Part shown: positions 1 through 9,698 of the stretch, one piece after another
How the letters are laid out: each line of letters opens with the position of its first letter
How positions within the stretch are numbered: the stretch's first letter is position 1
From: an uncultured Chloroflexia bacterium
GTDB lineage: Bacteria > Chloroflexota > Limnocylindria > Limnocylindrales > CSP1-4
Direction: 5' to 3'
DNA: 64,000 nt
NCBI GenBank assembly: GCA_963808895.1
Contig: CAWEHL010000004.1
Span: 771,463-835,462, forward strand
The notes under the pieces: model-generated
What the model saw: only the letters and a program-made list of their open reading frames with translations
What the model was told of the DNA's origin: nothing
Databases searched by the model: none
Program-made: the position numbers and the translations under genes

Positions 1-344
1 CTTTCCATCCACGACGATGGCAGCGCCACCGGTCGGACGGGCACACCCGCCGCCATCGATACCTGGCGGCGGCCCGTGGGCGTCTCGATGTTGTGGAAGA
101 TCGGCCCTTCCGGTAGCTCGACCTTGAGGATGTCGACGCCTGCGTCACGCATCGCGTCGAGTTCCTCGGCCGTCGACGCCTCTCGGTCGACACCGACGAC
201 GGCCGCGGTCCGGAGACCGAGCCTGGCCGTCGTGAGCGCGGCGTAGGTGACGCCGCCGCCGAGCCGCCATCCGCGCGGATCGTCGGGCGCGATGTCGCGC
301 GCGGCCGACCCGACGTGGACGACCTCGACGGCAGGTGACGGCAT
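1..344 (-). CDS. PfkB-family carbohydrate (ribokinase-like) kinase, N-terminal part; the gene continues beyond the window start
   Basis: My own reverse-strand translation from ATG at 344..342 reads MPSPAVEVVHVGSAARDIAPDDPRGWRLGGGVTYAALTTARLGLRTAAVVGVDREASTAEELDAMRDAGVDILKVELPEGPIFHNIE. The frame stays open to the window edge. It is absent from the ORF track because no stop lies in the window. Confidence 0.55.
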   Translation of the reverse strand, partial: MPSPAVEVVHVGSAARDIAPDDPRGWRLGGGVTYAALTTARLGLRTAAVVGVDREASTAEELDAMRDAGVDILKVELPEGPIFHNIETPTGRRQVSMAAGVPVRPVALPSSWME

Positions 345-447
345 TCCGATCTCCGGTCGACTGGTTCGATGGCGCGTGACGGACCGCCGGGTGCTCCCGG
401 GCGTGCGGCGTATACTGCCGCACCCGACCAGCACCGACGAGGCTCCC

Positions 448-823
448 GTGTTCTTCTACGAACTCCACGAAGGCGACGACGAGGTCTATTCCGACGTCCT
501 CGTCGCGAGCGAGTCGGAGTGGGAGCCACAGGAATTCTTCGAGCTCGTGCAGCGCGATCCGCCACGACGTCCAGCATGGGTACGAGCAGGACACGCTGAT
601 CGAGGCGATCGCGCTCGTCCTCGAGCGCGACTACGGGTTCATCTACGTCAGCGACGATCGACTCGCCGCAGCTGTCAACGTGTCGACCCAGGACGCCGAC
701 AACTTCCTCGCCGATCTCGATGGCGATGGACGACGACGATGACGACGAGGAGGCCGAGGTGTTCAAGGACGAGTTCCGGACCATCGTCGCCGACTTCGAT
801 CCGGACCTCGGCCGGCCGAACTA
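448..823 (+). pseudogene. small acidic hypothetical protein, at least 2 frameshifts as sequenced
   Basis: GTG at 448 gives VFFYELHEGDDEVYSDVLVASESEWEPQEFFELVQ. The sensible sequence continues in a second frame (HGYEQDTLIEAIALVLERDYGFIYVSDDRLAAAVNVSTQDADNFLADLDG) and then a third (MDDDDDDEEAEVFKDEFRTIVADFDPDLGRPN, stop at 823). A TATACT -10-like box lies at 411..416. Confidence 0.45.
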
Positions 824-844
824 GGGTCGCGGCCGGACCGCGTC

Positions 845-1948
845 TCAGCGGCTGAAGAGGATCTCCAGCACGTCGCCGTCCTTCACCTTGTAGGTCTTGC
901 CCTCCGAGCGGAGGCGGCCCGCCTTCCGGGCCTCGGCCATCGAACCGAGGCTCAGCAGGTCCTCGTAGGCCACCGTCTCGGCGCGGATGAAGCCCTTCGC
1001 AAGGTCGGTATGGATCGCCCCCGCGGCGTCGACCGCGGTCGACCCGTCCGCGATCGGCCAGGCGCGGACCTCGTCGGGTCCCGCCGTCAGGAACGAGACC
1101 AGCCCCAGGAGTCGGTACGACAGCTCGATGACGCGATCGAGGCTCGACTCGGTGATCCCGAGCTCCTCCATGAACACGCCGGCCTCATCGGGCTCGAGCT
1201 CGCCGAGCTCCATCTCGATCTTGGCTGAGAGCGCATCGACCAGCGCATGCTCATGGCGATAGCCACCACTCACCCGCTCGACCAGCGCCGGAACGCCCGC
1301 CAGGTCACCCTCGCCGACGTTGAGCAGCACGAGGACCGGCTTCTCGGTCAGGAACCGGAACCCGCGGATCGCCTTCGAGTCGTCATCGTCGAGACCGAGG
1401 TCGCGGATCGGCGTGCCGGCCTCGAGCCCCTCGTGGACCCGCGGACGACGATCTCCTCCCGCTCGGCGGCCTCGCGCTCGGCCTGCGTCCCGTGGCGGCC
1501 ACTCGTCTGGAGCCGCTCCAGTCGACGCTCGGCCATCGCCAGGTCGGCGAGCGTGAACTCGAGGTCGAGCTGCTCGAGGTCGCGCGCCGGGTCGACGGAT
1601 CCGGCGGGGTGCGGGTGCGCGGGATCCTCGAACGCCCGGACGACGTGCAGGAGCGCGTCGGACTCCCGGAGACGGGCAAGGTGGTCGGCCGGCAGCTCCT
1701 CGGTCCCGACCCGGCCCTTCGGACGACGCTGGTGGCGCCGGCAGGTCGACGTACGTCACGTCGGCCTGGACGATCTTCTTGGGCTTGAAGATCTCGGCGA
1801 GTCGATCGAGCCGCTCGTCGGGAACCTTGACGACGCCGACGTTGAGCGTCACGCCGCCGTAGCCGCCCGTCTCGGCGTGCCCGCGCGTCAGCGTGTTGAA
1901 GACGGTGGTCTTGCCGCTGCCGGCAAGCCCGACGATCGCGATCTGCAC
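845..1948 (-). pseudogene. ychF: ribosome-binding ATPase YchF (Obg-like GTPase family), two compensating frameshifts (about 1700 and about 1445)
   Basis: N-terminus: IAIVGLAGSGKTTVFNTL (P-loop). C-terminus: FLTAGPDEVRAWPIADGSTAVDAAGAIHTDLAKGFIRAETVAYEDL..KVKDGDVLEILF. The middle of the long ORF is Arg/Pro-rich nonsense. The real middle (TEELPADHLARLRESDALLHVVRAFEDP...LADLAMAERRLERLQTSGRHGTQAEREAAEREE) lies in another frame. Confidence 0.85.
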
Positions 1949-1949
1949 G

Positions 1950-2999
1950 TCAGTAACCGGCGGCGGGGTCGACGACGTTCAGCAGCGGCTCGCCGTTCGC
2001 GAACCGGCGCAGGTTGTCGCAGAACAGCTCGACGCTGCGATCCAGGACCCGTCCGCTCGACCAGGCCGTGTGTGGCGTGACGATGACGTTGGGCAGCTCG
2101 TAGAACGACGAGAGCGCCGGCAGCGGCTCCTCGCGGAACGTGTCGAGCACGGCGCCACCCAACGGCCCGTCCCGCAGCGCGCGGAGCAGCGCCCGTTCGT
2201 CGATCAGCCGGCCGCGCGCGACGTTGATCAGCCAGGCGCCGGGCTTGACCATCGCCAGCGTCTCGGCGTTGATCATGTCCTCGGTCTCGGGCGTGAGCGG
2301 CGCCGCGAGCACGATGAAGTCCGATCCGCCAAGTAGCTCGGGCAGCGTCTCGGGACCGCCGACCCGGTCGAGCATCGCGTCTCCGAACGGTGAGTCGTCC
2401 TCGCCCTCGCGGGATGCCTCGCCACCGCTCTCCGGTCGTCGCCGGACCGCGACACGCGGCAGCCGAAGGCCGTGGCCAGCGCGCCGACGGCGCGCCCGAT
2501 CGATCCGAGCCCGACGATGCCGACCGTCACGTCGCGCAGCTCGCTCGCCCTCGAGCGGCTGCCACGTCCGCTCCCGCTGCAGCTCGAGGAGCTGTGGCAG
2601 TCGCCGCGAGACGGCCAGGATCATCATCAGGACGTACTCGGCGATCGGGCGGCTGAAGACGCCACGGGCGTTGGTGACGATGAGGCCACGCTCCCGGGAC
2701 GCCGGGGTCAACGCACGCTCGACGCCCGACGTCGCCGAGTGGACCCAGGCAAGCCGCGGAGCGCGCGCCAGCAGCCGGTCGAACGCGTCCGAGTTGAGCC
2801 AGCCGCGAAGCATCACCTCGACGTCGTCGAGCGGTCCATCGGCCAAGCCCTCGATCGACACCGTCACGAGTCGTGCTCCCGGCGCGGCGGCCCGGATCCG
2901 CTCGAGGTCGCGCGATCGGTAGCGCGCGGAGAGGATCGGGCTCAGGGCGATGGCGGTCGGCGCGCCGCCCGGACCGCTGCCTGGACCGGCCGTCGTCAC
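1950..2999 (-). pseudogene. D-isomer-specific 2-hydroxyacid dehydrogenase family protein, frameshifted (about 2535 and about 2455)
   Basis: C-terminal motifs: LINVARGRLIDERAL, PNVIVTPHTAWSS. The NAD-binding motif TVGIVGLGSIGRAVGALATAFGCRV sits in a different frame (track ORF 2273..2530). The GTG start at 2999 forms a GTGA overlap with the upstream stop. Confidence 0.8.
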
Positions 3000-4268
3000 T
3001 GGGCCGGGCGGTCCGGCGGGGTCGGCGAGCAACGGTGATGCCGGCGGCTTCGTCGAAGCCGTCTCCGTCGAAACCCCGTCGAGGACGCGCGCGATCCAGC
3101 GCTCGGGCGCCTCGATCTCACCGTCACGAGGCAGGCTCTCCGGCCCGTCCCACAGTCGCCGCAGCGCCTCGGGTCCGCGGGCAGTCGGCGACGGCCCGGA
3201 CGAATAGCTCGCCCTTCTTGTACTGGTCGAGCTTGAGATCCATCCCGGTCAGCCGGAGCATCGCCCGCTCGAACGGCGTCCGCCGCGTCCGTCGCTCGTC
3301 GAACTTGGCACGGATCGTCTCGACGTCCGGCACGAGCCCCTGCCCGACCTCGTCCATCACGTAGTCGCTGAAGCCCTCGAGCAGGCTCATGACCGCCTGC
3401 GTCTCGCGGAAGAGCGCCTTCTGCTCGTCGGTCATCAGGCGTTCCATCCAGTGCTCGCCGCCGCCCTCGCCGCGGAGCGCCCGGCCGAGGCCCTTCATCG
3501 CCTCCTGACCCATCCCGCGCACGTCGCGGCCGAACAGCGTCAGCTGCCGCTCGAGGCGCGAGGCGAGGTACGGCCGCAGCCACGGGTGCGCCTCGAACTC
3601 GAACGCATGGGTCGTCTCGTGGAGCGCGATCCAGGTCCGGAACGAGGCAAGCGGCACGCCGAGGGCTCTGGCCGTCTGGCGGATGTTCTCCTCGACGAAC
3701 AGCAGCCGCCCGGGCGCGGCCTCGGCGGACAGCAGGGCGAGATCGTACTGGCCGAGCACGCGCTGGCCCATGAAGCCGAGCAGGACGCCGAGCTGACGGG
3801 TCGTGATCCATCGATTGGCGAGCGCCATCGCCGCGACGGTGAACCCGCCTCCGGCCGGCACGACCTGGTCGAGCAGGTCGTGCTCGAGCTTGCCGATGAG
3901 CGACGCGAACGACGCGGTGTTGGCCCGGACCCAGCCCGCCCGATCGACGACGCCGGAGCGCTCCACGACGCCCGGCAGCTCCGTACCGAGCGCTTCGGAC
4001 AGCGCGGGGACGATGCGGTCCATGGCGGCGGCGTATTCGGGCTCCGACGCCCGGAGCTCCTCGGCGCTCAGCGCGCCCGGGGCACTCCCGAGACGGCCGA
4101 TGGCGAGCCGCTCGACCGTCGCCCAATCGACAAGGCCCTCGTCGGGCGCGTCGCTCCATCTGCCGCCCGACGAGCGTGGCGGCGGCACCCGAGCGCCGAG
4201 CCGATGAGGATCCCGGCCTGCCACGCCCGATCGTCGCGCCAGGAGTCCGACGCGCGCTTTCCGCTCAT
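2996..4268 (-). pseudogene. zinc-dependent metalloprotease, DUF2342 family (HExxH), frameshifted near both ends
   Basis: Core sequence: VDWATVERLAIG...TWIALHETTHAFEFEAHPWLRPYL...MSLLEGFSDYVMD...KLDQYKKGELFVRAV. The family-typical C-terminus (PEALRRLWDGPESLPRDGEIEAPERWIARV) is in another frame. Boundaries are inferred from an ATGA overlap at 4265..4268 and a GTGA overlap at 2996..2999. Confidence 0.7.
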
Positions 4269-5142
4269 CGCTGCGAGCGCTCCGAGCTCCACCGACTGGA
4301 CCGACACGAACGCCGGGCCGAACAGGCGGCCAGCGACCGCCTCGAACCGGTCGGGGTCGCCGGTCGTCATCTGGATATGCGGGATGGCGTCGTCCCGGGC
4401 CGGGTGCCTCGAGTCGGTTGACGCTCAGCAGCTCGACAAGCGCCGAGGCCGTCGCCGTCGCCGAAATCGACGATCGCGACATCGTCACCGAGCAGGGCTC
4501 GACGAACAGGGCCGAAGCAGCGGATAGTGCGTGCAGCCGAGGAGCAGCGTGTCGATCGAGGCAGCCGGCGGACGGCCGTGCCGGTCGACTTCCCGGTCCG
4601 GCCGGATCCGCGACGGCGACAACAGCGGCGCCAGCGACTCGGCGATCGTCGCCTCGGCGACCATGCCGCTGAGCTCGCCGGCCTCCACCATCGGGACGAG
4701 CGCCGGGGTCGCATGTTCGTACCACGTTCACGGCCGGGTTCTCGACCTTGATCGCGTCGAGGTACGCGTGCGAGCGGATCGTGGCCGGCGTCGCGATGAC
4801 ACCGACCCGCCGGTTCCGCGTCGCGAGCGCGGCGGCTGCTGCCCCGGGCCGGACGACGCCGAGGACGGGCAGGTCGTAGCGCTGGCGGAACGCGGCCAGC
4901 CCCACCGCGGTCGAGGTGTTGCAGGCCACGACCAGCGCCTTCACGTCGCGCTCGACGAGCGCATCGAGCGACTGGGTCGAGAAGGCGAGCACCTCGTCGT
5001 CGGAGCGGGTGCCGTACGGGGCGCGATCGTTGTCGCCGAGGTAGAGCGTCGGCTCGAGCGGCGTGCGCCGGATGATCTCGCGCAGGACCGTCAGCCCGCC
5101 GACCCCCGAGTCGAAGACACCGATCGGTCGTGGATCGGACAC
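4265..5142 (-). pseudogene. murI: glutamate racemase MurI, multiple frameshifts in the C-terminal half
   Basis: GTG at 5142 gives VSDPRPIGVFDSGVGGLTVLREI...LYLGDNDRAPYG...VVACNTSTAV. Later motifs are scattered over other frames: LVPMVEAGE..., IDTLLLGCTHYPLL, and TTGDPDRFEAVAGRLFGPAFVSVQSVEL. Confidence 0.8.
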
Positions 5143-5150
5143 AGGACCCC

Positions 5151-6313
5151 TAGCCGCGCCCGGCACCGACCGGGACCCGCGGCGGCGCCGATCAGCTCCT
5201 GCGCGACGCGCATCAGGTCCTGGCTGATCGGCGCCGACGGGTTGGCGAGGATGAACGGCACGCCCTCGTTGTTCGAACGGACGACGAGCTGGCCATCCGA
5301 CATCACGCGGTGCTCGGGGACGCGCCCGAGAGCCCGATGCAGGTCGTCGGGTTCGATGCCGCCCGGGCTGTCGGCCCGGTTCACCAGGTAGCGCACCTTC
5401 GTCGGCGGGATAGCCGATCGACCGGAACGTGTCGGCCATCGCGATCGTGTTGTGGATCGTCGTGGAGTCGTACGTGACGATCTCGACGATCGTGTCGCTG
5501 GCGTCGAGGAAGCCGAGGTTGATGTCGTTGATCGAGCTCGACATGTCGATGACGATCGCGTTGTATACGCGGCGCAGCAGCGACAGGACCTTCTCGATGT
5601 CACGCGGCGTGATCATCTCGGCCATCTCGATCCGCGGCGGCGCCAGCAGGATGTCGATGCCGGACGGGTCGCGCCACAGCACGTCGGACAGGTCGGACTC
5701 GGCGATCCGGTCGGTCGGCAGGTCGAGGATCGAGGGGGCGTCCGTCGGCACCTTCAGCAGGGCGCGCAGATCGCCGAACTGGACGCTGCCGTCGATGAGG
5801 ACGGTCTTCTGCTCGAGCTGGGCCATCGCGACCGCGAGGTTGAAGGCGATCGTGGTCTTGCCGACCCCGCCTTTCGGTGCGAAGACCGACGTGATCCGGG
5901 TGACGCCGACCGAGTGCGTCTCCGCGAACTGCTTGCGCACGCCCGACGATCTTGTTCATGAGCTCGAAGCCGGAGAACGGCATCGAGAGGACGGCGTGGA
6001 CGCCCTTCGCCGGGTCGACCTCGATCGGGTTCTGCGGCACGGTAAGGACGATGACCGGCACGTCCAGGCCGGCTTCCTGGATGTGCTCGACCAGCTTGGG
6101 GCCCTTGATCCGGCCCTGGAGCAGCGCGTCGACCATGACGACGTCCGGTCGGAGCTGGCGGATCTGGTCGACGGCGCGGCCACCGTCGGACAGGACGTCG
6201 AGGAGCTTGACTACCTGTTGCGTGTTGAGGAGGCCGCGGATGTACTGCGCGACCTGCGGCACGTCTTCGACGATCAGGAGCCGCGTCTGGTCGCTGCTTG
6301 AACCATTGGACAT
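5151..6313 (-). pseudogene. response-regulator receiver domain fused to a CpaE/MinD/ParA-type P-loop ATPase, about 3 frameshifts
   Basis: Receiver domain: RLLIVEDVPQVAQYI...PDVVMVDALL...VIVLT. ATPase domain: ITSVFAPKGGVGKTTIAFNLAVAMA...VIDMSSS. The C-terminal piece (PPTKVRYLVNRADSPGGIEPDDLHRALGRVPEHRVMSDGQLVVRSNNEGVPFIL) is in another frame. An alternative GTG start exists at 6331. Confidence 0.75.
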
Positions 6314-6352
6314 CGGGCTCGACGATACCACGGGCTACGGGTCCGACCGGCG

Positions 6353-6403
6353 GTGCGCGAGCGCACCGCCGACGTGCGCGAGCGCACCGCCCATGTGCGG
6401 CGA
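6353..6403. repeat. 21-bp tandem direct repeat (2.5 copies), each copy holding the palindrome GTGCGC-GA-GCGCAC
   Basis: Read directly from the sequence. Copy 1 is gtgcgcgagcgcaccgccgac (6353..6373), copy 2 is gtgcgcgagcgcaccgcccat (6374..6394), and a partial third copy is gtgcggcgac. It is intergenic, between the methyltransferase stop (6421) and the receiver-ATPase start. Confidence 0.8.
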
Positions 6404-6420
6404 CACGCTGGCCGCGACGC

Positions 6421-7221
6421 TCACGGACGCTCGGCGATGAGCACGGCCCGTTCGGCGCCGTAGCCGAGCGGGGTGAGGTCGTAGCCGCCGGCCACGAGCT
6501 CGACGCGAAGCCCGGCGTCCTCGGCGAACGCAGGCGAGCTCGTCGGCGCCGATCAGCCGCAGGCGATCCTGGCGGATCCACCGGCGCGGCGCCTCGCCCT
6601 GGGGCGCTTCGTCGAATACGGCAGTCAACACGAGCGACCCATTGCTGGCGTCGTGGACCGCCGATCCCGTCTTCGTGACAAGCGCTCCCGTCGACGGGGT
6701 CCCGGCGGATCCACTCGTGGAAGACGCGACCGTCGAAGCGAGCCAGGTCGTCGGCGTCGGGAAGCCACGCGTCGACCGCTGCGATGCCACCCGGGCGGAG
6801 CTGCGTCGCCAGCGTGCGCACGGCGGCCCGCTGCTAATCGCGGCTGGCGAGCAGCATGATCGAGTTGAGCGCGATGAACGCGAAGCCGTAGCGCGCGCTC
6901 CCGGGGGTCGGCTCCGGCAGCGCGCAGCAGGTCGGCGTGGACGAACTCGGACGCGCGTCCGGGCCAAGACCGGCTTCCGCGGCGCGGTCGCGGGCACGAG
7001 CCAGCATCGCTTCGTCGATGTCGACCGCGGTGACGGCGTGGCCGGCTGTCGCGAGCGGGATCGCGAGACGGCCGGTGCCGGCGGCCAGCTCGAGGATCGG
7101 GCCGTCGGTCCGGTCGGCCAGCGCCCGATACAGGTCGAGATCGCCCGGGATCCTCCTGCAGGTCGAGGTCGTACAGGCGCGCGAGCGCGCGAGCCGTCTC
7201 CTGATCCGGGGGCTCGATCAC
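6421..7221 (-). pseudogene. class I SAM-dependent methyltransferase, several frameshifts plus an in-frame TAG (6834..6836)
   Basis: Pieces found across frames: VIEPPDQETARALARLYDLDLQEDPG; ILELAAGTGRLAIPLA...AVDID (SAM-binding motif, read from DNA); YGFAFIALNSIMLLASRD-TAG-QRAAVRTLATQLRPGGIAAVDAW; LVLTAVFDEAPQGEAPRRWIRQDRLRLIGADEL. The GTG start at 7221 overlaps the agmatinase stop as GTGA. Confidence 0.7.
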
Positions 7222-8312
7222 CCGGCGGCCGGCTCCCACCGGACCGGCGTCCCGGCGGCCTTGCGCACGGCGAGCGCGCTGATGGCCTCGAGGGCGGCAC
7301 GGTTCGCGGCCATCGCGGTCGTCTCGGCGTGGTCGTAGGGCGGCGACACCTCGACGACATCCATGCCGGCCAGCTCGACCGCCCCGACGATCTGTCGGAC
7401 CGCCCGGAGCACCTCGCGGGTGAGCATCCCACCCGGTTCCGGGGTCCCGGTCCCGGGCGCCATCCCCGGGTCGATGACGTCGATGTCGAGGCTCAGGTAG
7501 ATCGCATCCGGTCCGTCGAGCGCCTCGTCGATGGCCTGGGCGATGACCGCCTCCGCGCCGCGCTCCTCGATCTCGCGCATGAAGTGGTAGCGGAGTCCCT
7601 GCGCCCGCATCCATTCGAACGTCTCGACGGGCGGCCAGTACCCGCGCAGGCCCACCTGCACGAAGTTGCGGCCGGCGACCGCCCCGGATTCGATCAGGCG
7701 CCGCATCGGGGTCCCGTGCCCGGCGAGGACGCCCCAGTCGTCGTTCGCCGTGTCCGCGTGGGCGTCGAAATGGACGATCCCGATGCTCTTCGGCCGGCGG
7801 AGCTCGGCGATGGCGGTGGCGGACGGCCAGGTGATGGAGTGGTCGCCACCGAGGACGATCGGGATCGCGCCGGTCGATGCGACCTCGTGGACCTTGCGAT
7901 AGATGAGCGCGTGCGCCCGCTCGATCCATGCGGGGATGATGTTGGCGTCGCCCGCGTCGACGACGTCGAGGACCTCGAACGGCTCGACGTCGAGCTGGAG
8001 CGAGTTGATCGAACCCGACGTGTACTGCGCCTCGCGGATCGCCCGCGGCCCGAACCGGGCGCCGGAGCGGTGGCTCACGGCGTCGTCGAATGGAGCGCCG
8101 ACGATCGCCACATCAGGCTTGCGTGCCGCGAGCTCGGCAGGATCGGTGATCCACGGCAGCTTCATGAAGCTGACCGCGCCGACGTAGGTCGGCAGGTCGA
8201 AATCGCTGTACGTCTCGTACTCACGGTCCCAGCCGTTCGCGGCCGCGAAGGCGGGGTCGTGGGGGCGCTCGGCCACGGAGGTCCTCCCGGAGACGGACAC
8301 GGCCGACGTCAA
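7218..8312 (-). CDS. agmatinase/arginase-family ureohydrolase (agmatinase- or guanidinobutyrase-like)
   Basis: Intact 364-aa ORF with the Mn-binding motifs of the family: GGDHSITWP, VHFDAHADT, SLDIDVIDPGMAPGTGTPEPGG. Confidence 0.85.
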   Translation of the reverse strand: MTSAVSVSGRTSVAERPHDPAFAAANGWDREYETYSDFDLPTYVGAVSFMKLPWITDPAELAARKPDVAIVGAPFDDAVSHRSGARFGPRAIREAQYTSGSINSLQLDVEPFEVLDVVDAGDANIIPAWIERAHALIYRKVHEVASTGAIPIVLGGDHSITWPSATAIAELRRPKSIGIVHFDAHADTANDDWGVLAGHGTPMRRLIESGAVAGRNFVQVGLRGYWPPVETFEWMRAQGLRYHFMREIEERGAEAVIAQAIDEALDGPDAIYLSLDIDVIDPGMAPGTGTPEPGGMLTREVLRAVRQIVGAVELAGMDVVEVSPPYDHAETTAMAANRAALEAISALAVRKAAGTPVRWEPAAG

Positions 8313-8413
8313 GGCCGCGTGGTGGGATCCGTCTCGTTCGGGGCGCCGCCGGTTCGCGATCCGGGCGTCCAGCGGGGCGCGCCGGCGCGATGGTACACCC
8401 GGGGTCGGTCGCC

Positions 8414-9619
8414 TCAGTCGGCCTCGCGGAACGCGGCCCAGGCTCGTTCGACGAGCGCTGGGTCTTCGAACAGGTCGATCGCCGTCTGGGCGATGAGGGT
8501 CGCCGCGAGGAGCGTCGTCTCGTCGGCGCGCGGCGTCACCGCGGCGTCGCGGAAGGCGATCGAGTGACCCGCCACGCCTTCCTCGCAGATGGCGAGGTCG
8601 GGATGGATCGTCGGGACGACCCAGCTCACGTTGGCCATGTCGGTGCTCCCGGCGTTCGGGTCGTCGCCCATGTCGTCGATCCCGTAGGCGGCCATATTCG
8701 CCCGGAACCGCTCGACGAGCGGACCGTTGTTGCGCATCGTCGTCGCACCGCCGGAGTAGGTCACGTCGGCGGTCGTGCCCGTCGCCAGCGCCGCCGCCTC
8801 GGCCATCTTCGTGAACTGGGCCTTCATCTCGTCGTAGTACGCCTGGTCGTCGGCGCGAACCATGAACCAGGCGGCGGTGCGGTCCGGGATGATGTTCGCG
8901 GCGGTGCCACCCTCGGTGATGATCCCGTGCACGCGTGCGGTCGATCGCAGCTGCTGGCGCCAGAGCCCGACCGAGGTGAACAGCTGGATCATCGCGTCGA
9001 GCGCGTTCCGGCCCTTCCAGGGGTCCGAGGCGGCGTGCGCCTGGAGGCCGTGGAACACGACCGTGACGTCCTCCGACGCGAGCGGGAAGCTCTCGACGTG
9101 GCTGCGGTCACAGGGGTGGTAGAGGAGCGCCGCGTCGACCCCTTCGAACAGCCCGTCGTCGATCATGATCTGCTTGCCGCTGCCGCGCTCTTCCGCCGGC
9201 GTGCCCAGGAAGACGATCTCGCCGGGCAGCTCGTCGGCCACGGCAGCGAGGGCGATCGCGGCGCCCACGCCCGATGCCGCCATCGTGTTGTGGCCGCAGC
9301 CATGGCCCAGCCCGGGCAGTGCGTCGTACTCGGCGAGGATCCCGATCCGGGGCTTCGTGCCGCCGCGCCCACCGCGCCGCACCGCCCGAACGGCGGTCGC
9401 CAGGCTGCCGGCGGGGTGCTCGACCTCGAAGCCGTGCTTGCGGAGGCTGTCGGCGACCCAGGCGGAGGCGTGGTGCTCCTCGAATGCCGGCTCTGGGTCG
9501 GCGTGGATGCGGTGCGATAGGTCGATGATCTCGTCCCGAGCCGCCTCGACGGCAGCGGCGACGCGCTCCTTGAGCTCGATGAAAGGCTCCGCGGGGCGTA
9601 GGGCGGTTCGGTCGGGCAC
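8414..9619 (-). CDS. M20-family amidohydrolase/peptidase (M20D, AbgB-like)
   Basis: Intact 401-aa ORF with IHADPEPAFEEHHAS, EYDALPGLGHGCGHN, GTPAEERGSGK and HAASDPWKGRNALDA. Confidence 0.8.
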   Translation of the reverse strand: MPDRTALRPAEPFIELKERVAAAVEAARDEIIDLSHRIHADPEPAFEEHHASAWVADSLRKHGFEVEHPAGSLATAVRAVRRGGRGGTKPRIGILAEYDALPGLGHGCGHNTMAASGVGAAIALAAVADELPGEIVFLGTPAEERGSGKQIMIDDGLFEGVDAALLYHPCDRSHVESFPLASEDVTVVFHGLQAHAASDPWKGRNALDAMIQLFTSVGLWRQQLRSTARVHGIITEGGTAANIIPDRTAAWFMVRADDQAYYDEMKAQFTKMAEAAALATGTTADVTYSGGATTMRNNGPLVERFRANMAAYGIDDMGDDPNAGSTDMANVSWVVPTIHPDLAICEEGVAGHSIAFRDAAVTPRADETTLLAATLIAQTAIDLFEDPALVERAWAAFREAD

Positions 9620-9698
9620 AGGTCCTCCGGGCGTGGCTGATCGGACCAGACTGGGACGGGTCCGACGGCGGATGGTACGGCCGAACCTGTCTCGGCGC

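Noticed and set aside
3124-5940. A 938-aa ORF that looks like a giant multidomain protein (ParA-like ATPase plus glutamate racemase plus metalloprotease).
   Set aside because: It is a read-through chimera. Three separate genes (receiver-CpaE ATPase, murI, DUF2342 protease) happen to lack stops in one frame because of the high GC content. The segments between the recognisable domains are Arg/Pro/Gly-rich nonsense. Proper starts and stops with ATGA/GTGA-type junctions exist in the neighbouring frames.
6642-8567. Very long alternate-frame or antisense ORFs: 6642..8567 (+) 641 aa, 10121..11797 (+) 558 aa, 21965..23668 (-) 567 aa, 36338..37714 (+) 458 aa, 53544..54914 (+) 456 aa, 62240..63856 (+) 538 aa, and many others in the track.
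   Set aside because: All lie opposite, or out of frame with, genes that have unmistakable family motifs. Their translations are dominated by Arg, Gly, Pro, Asp and Ala with no recognisable motif. This is the expected stop-codon-poor shadow of GC-rich coding sequence.
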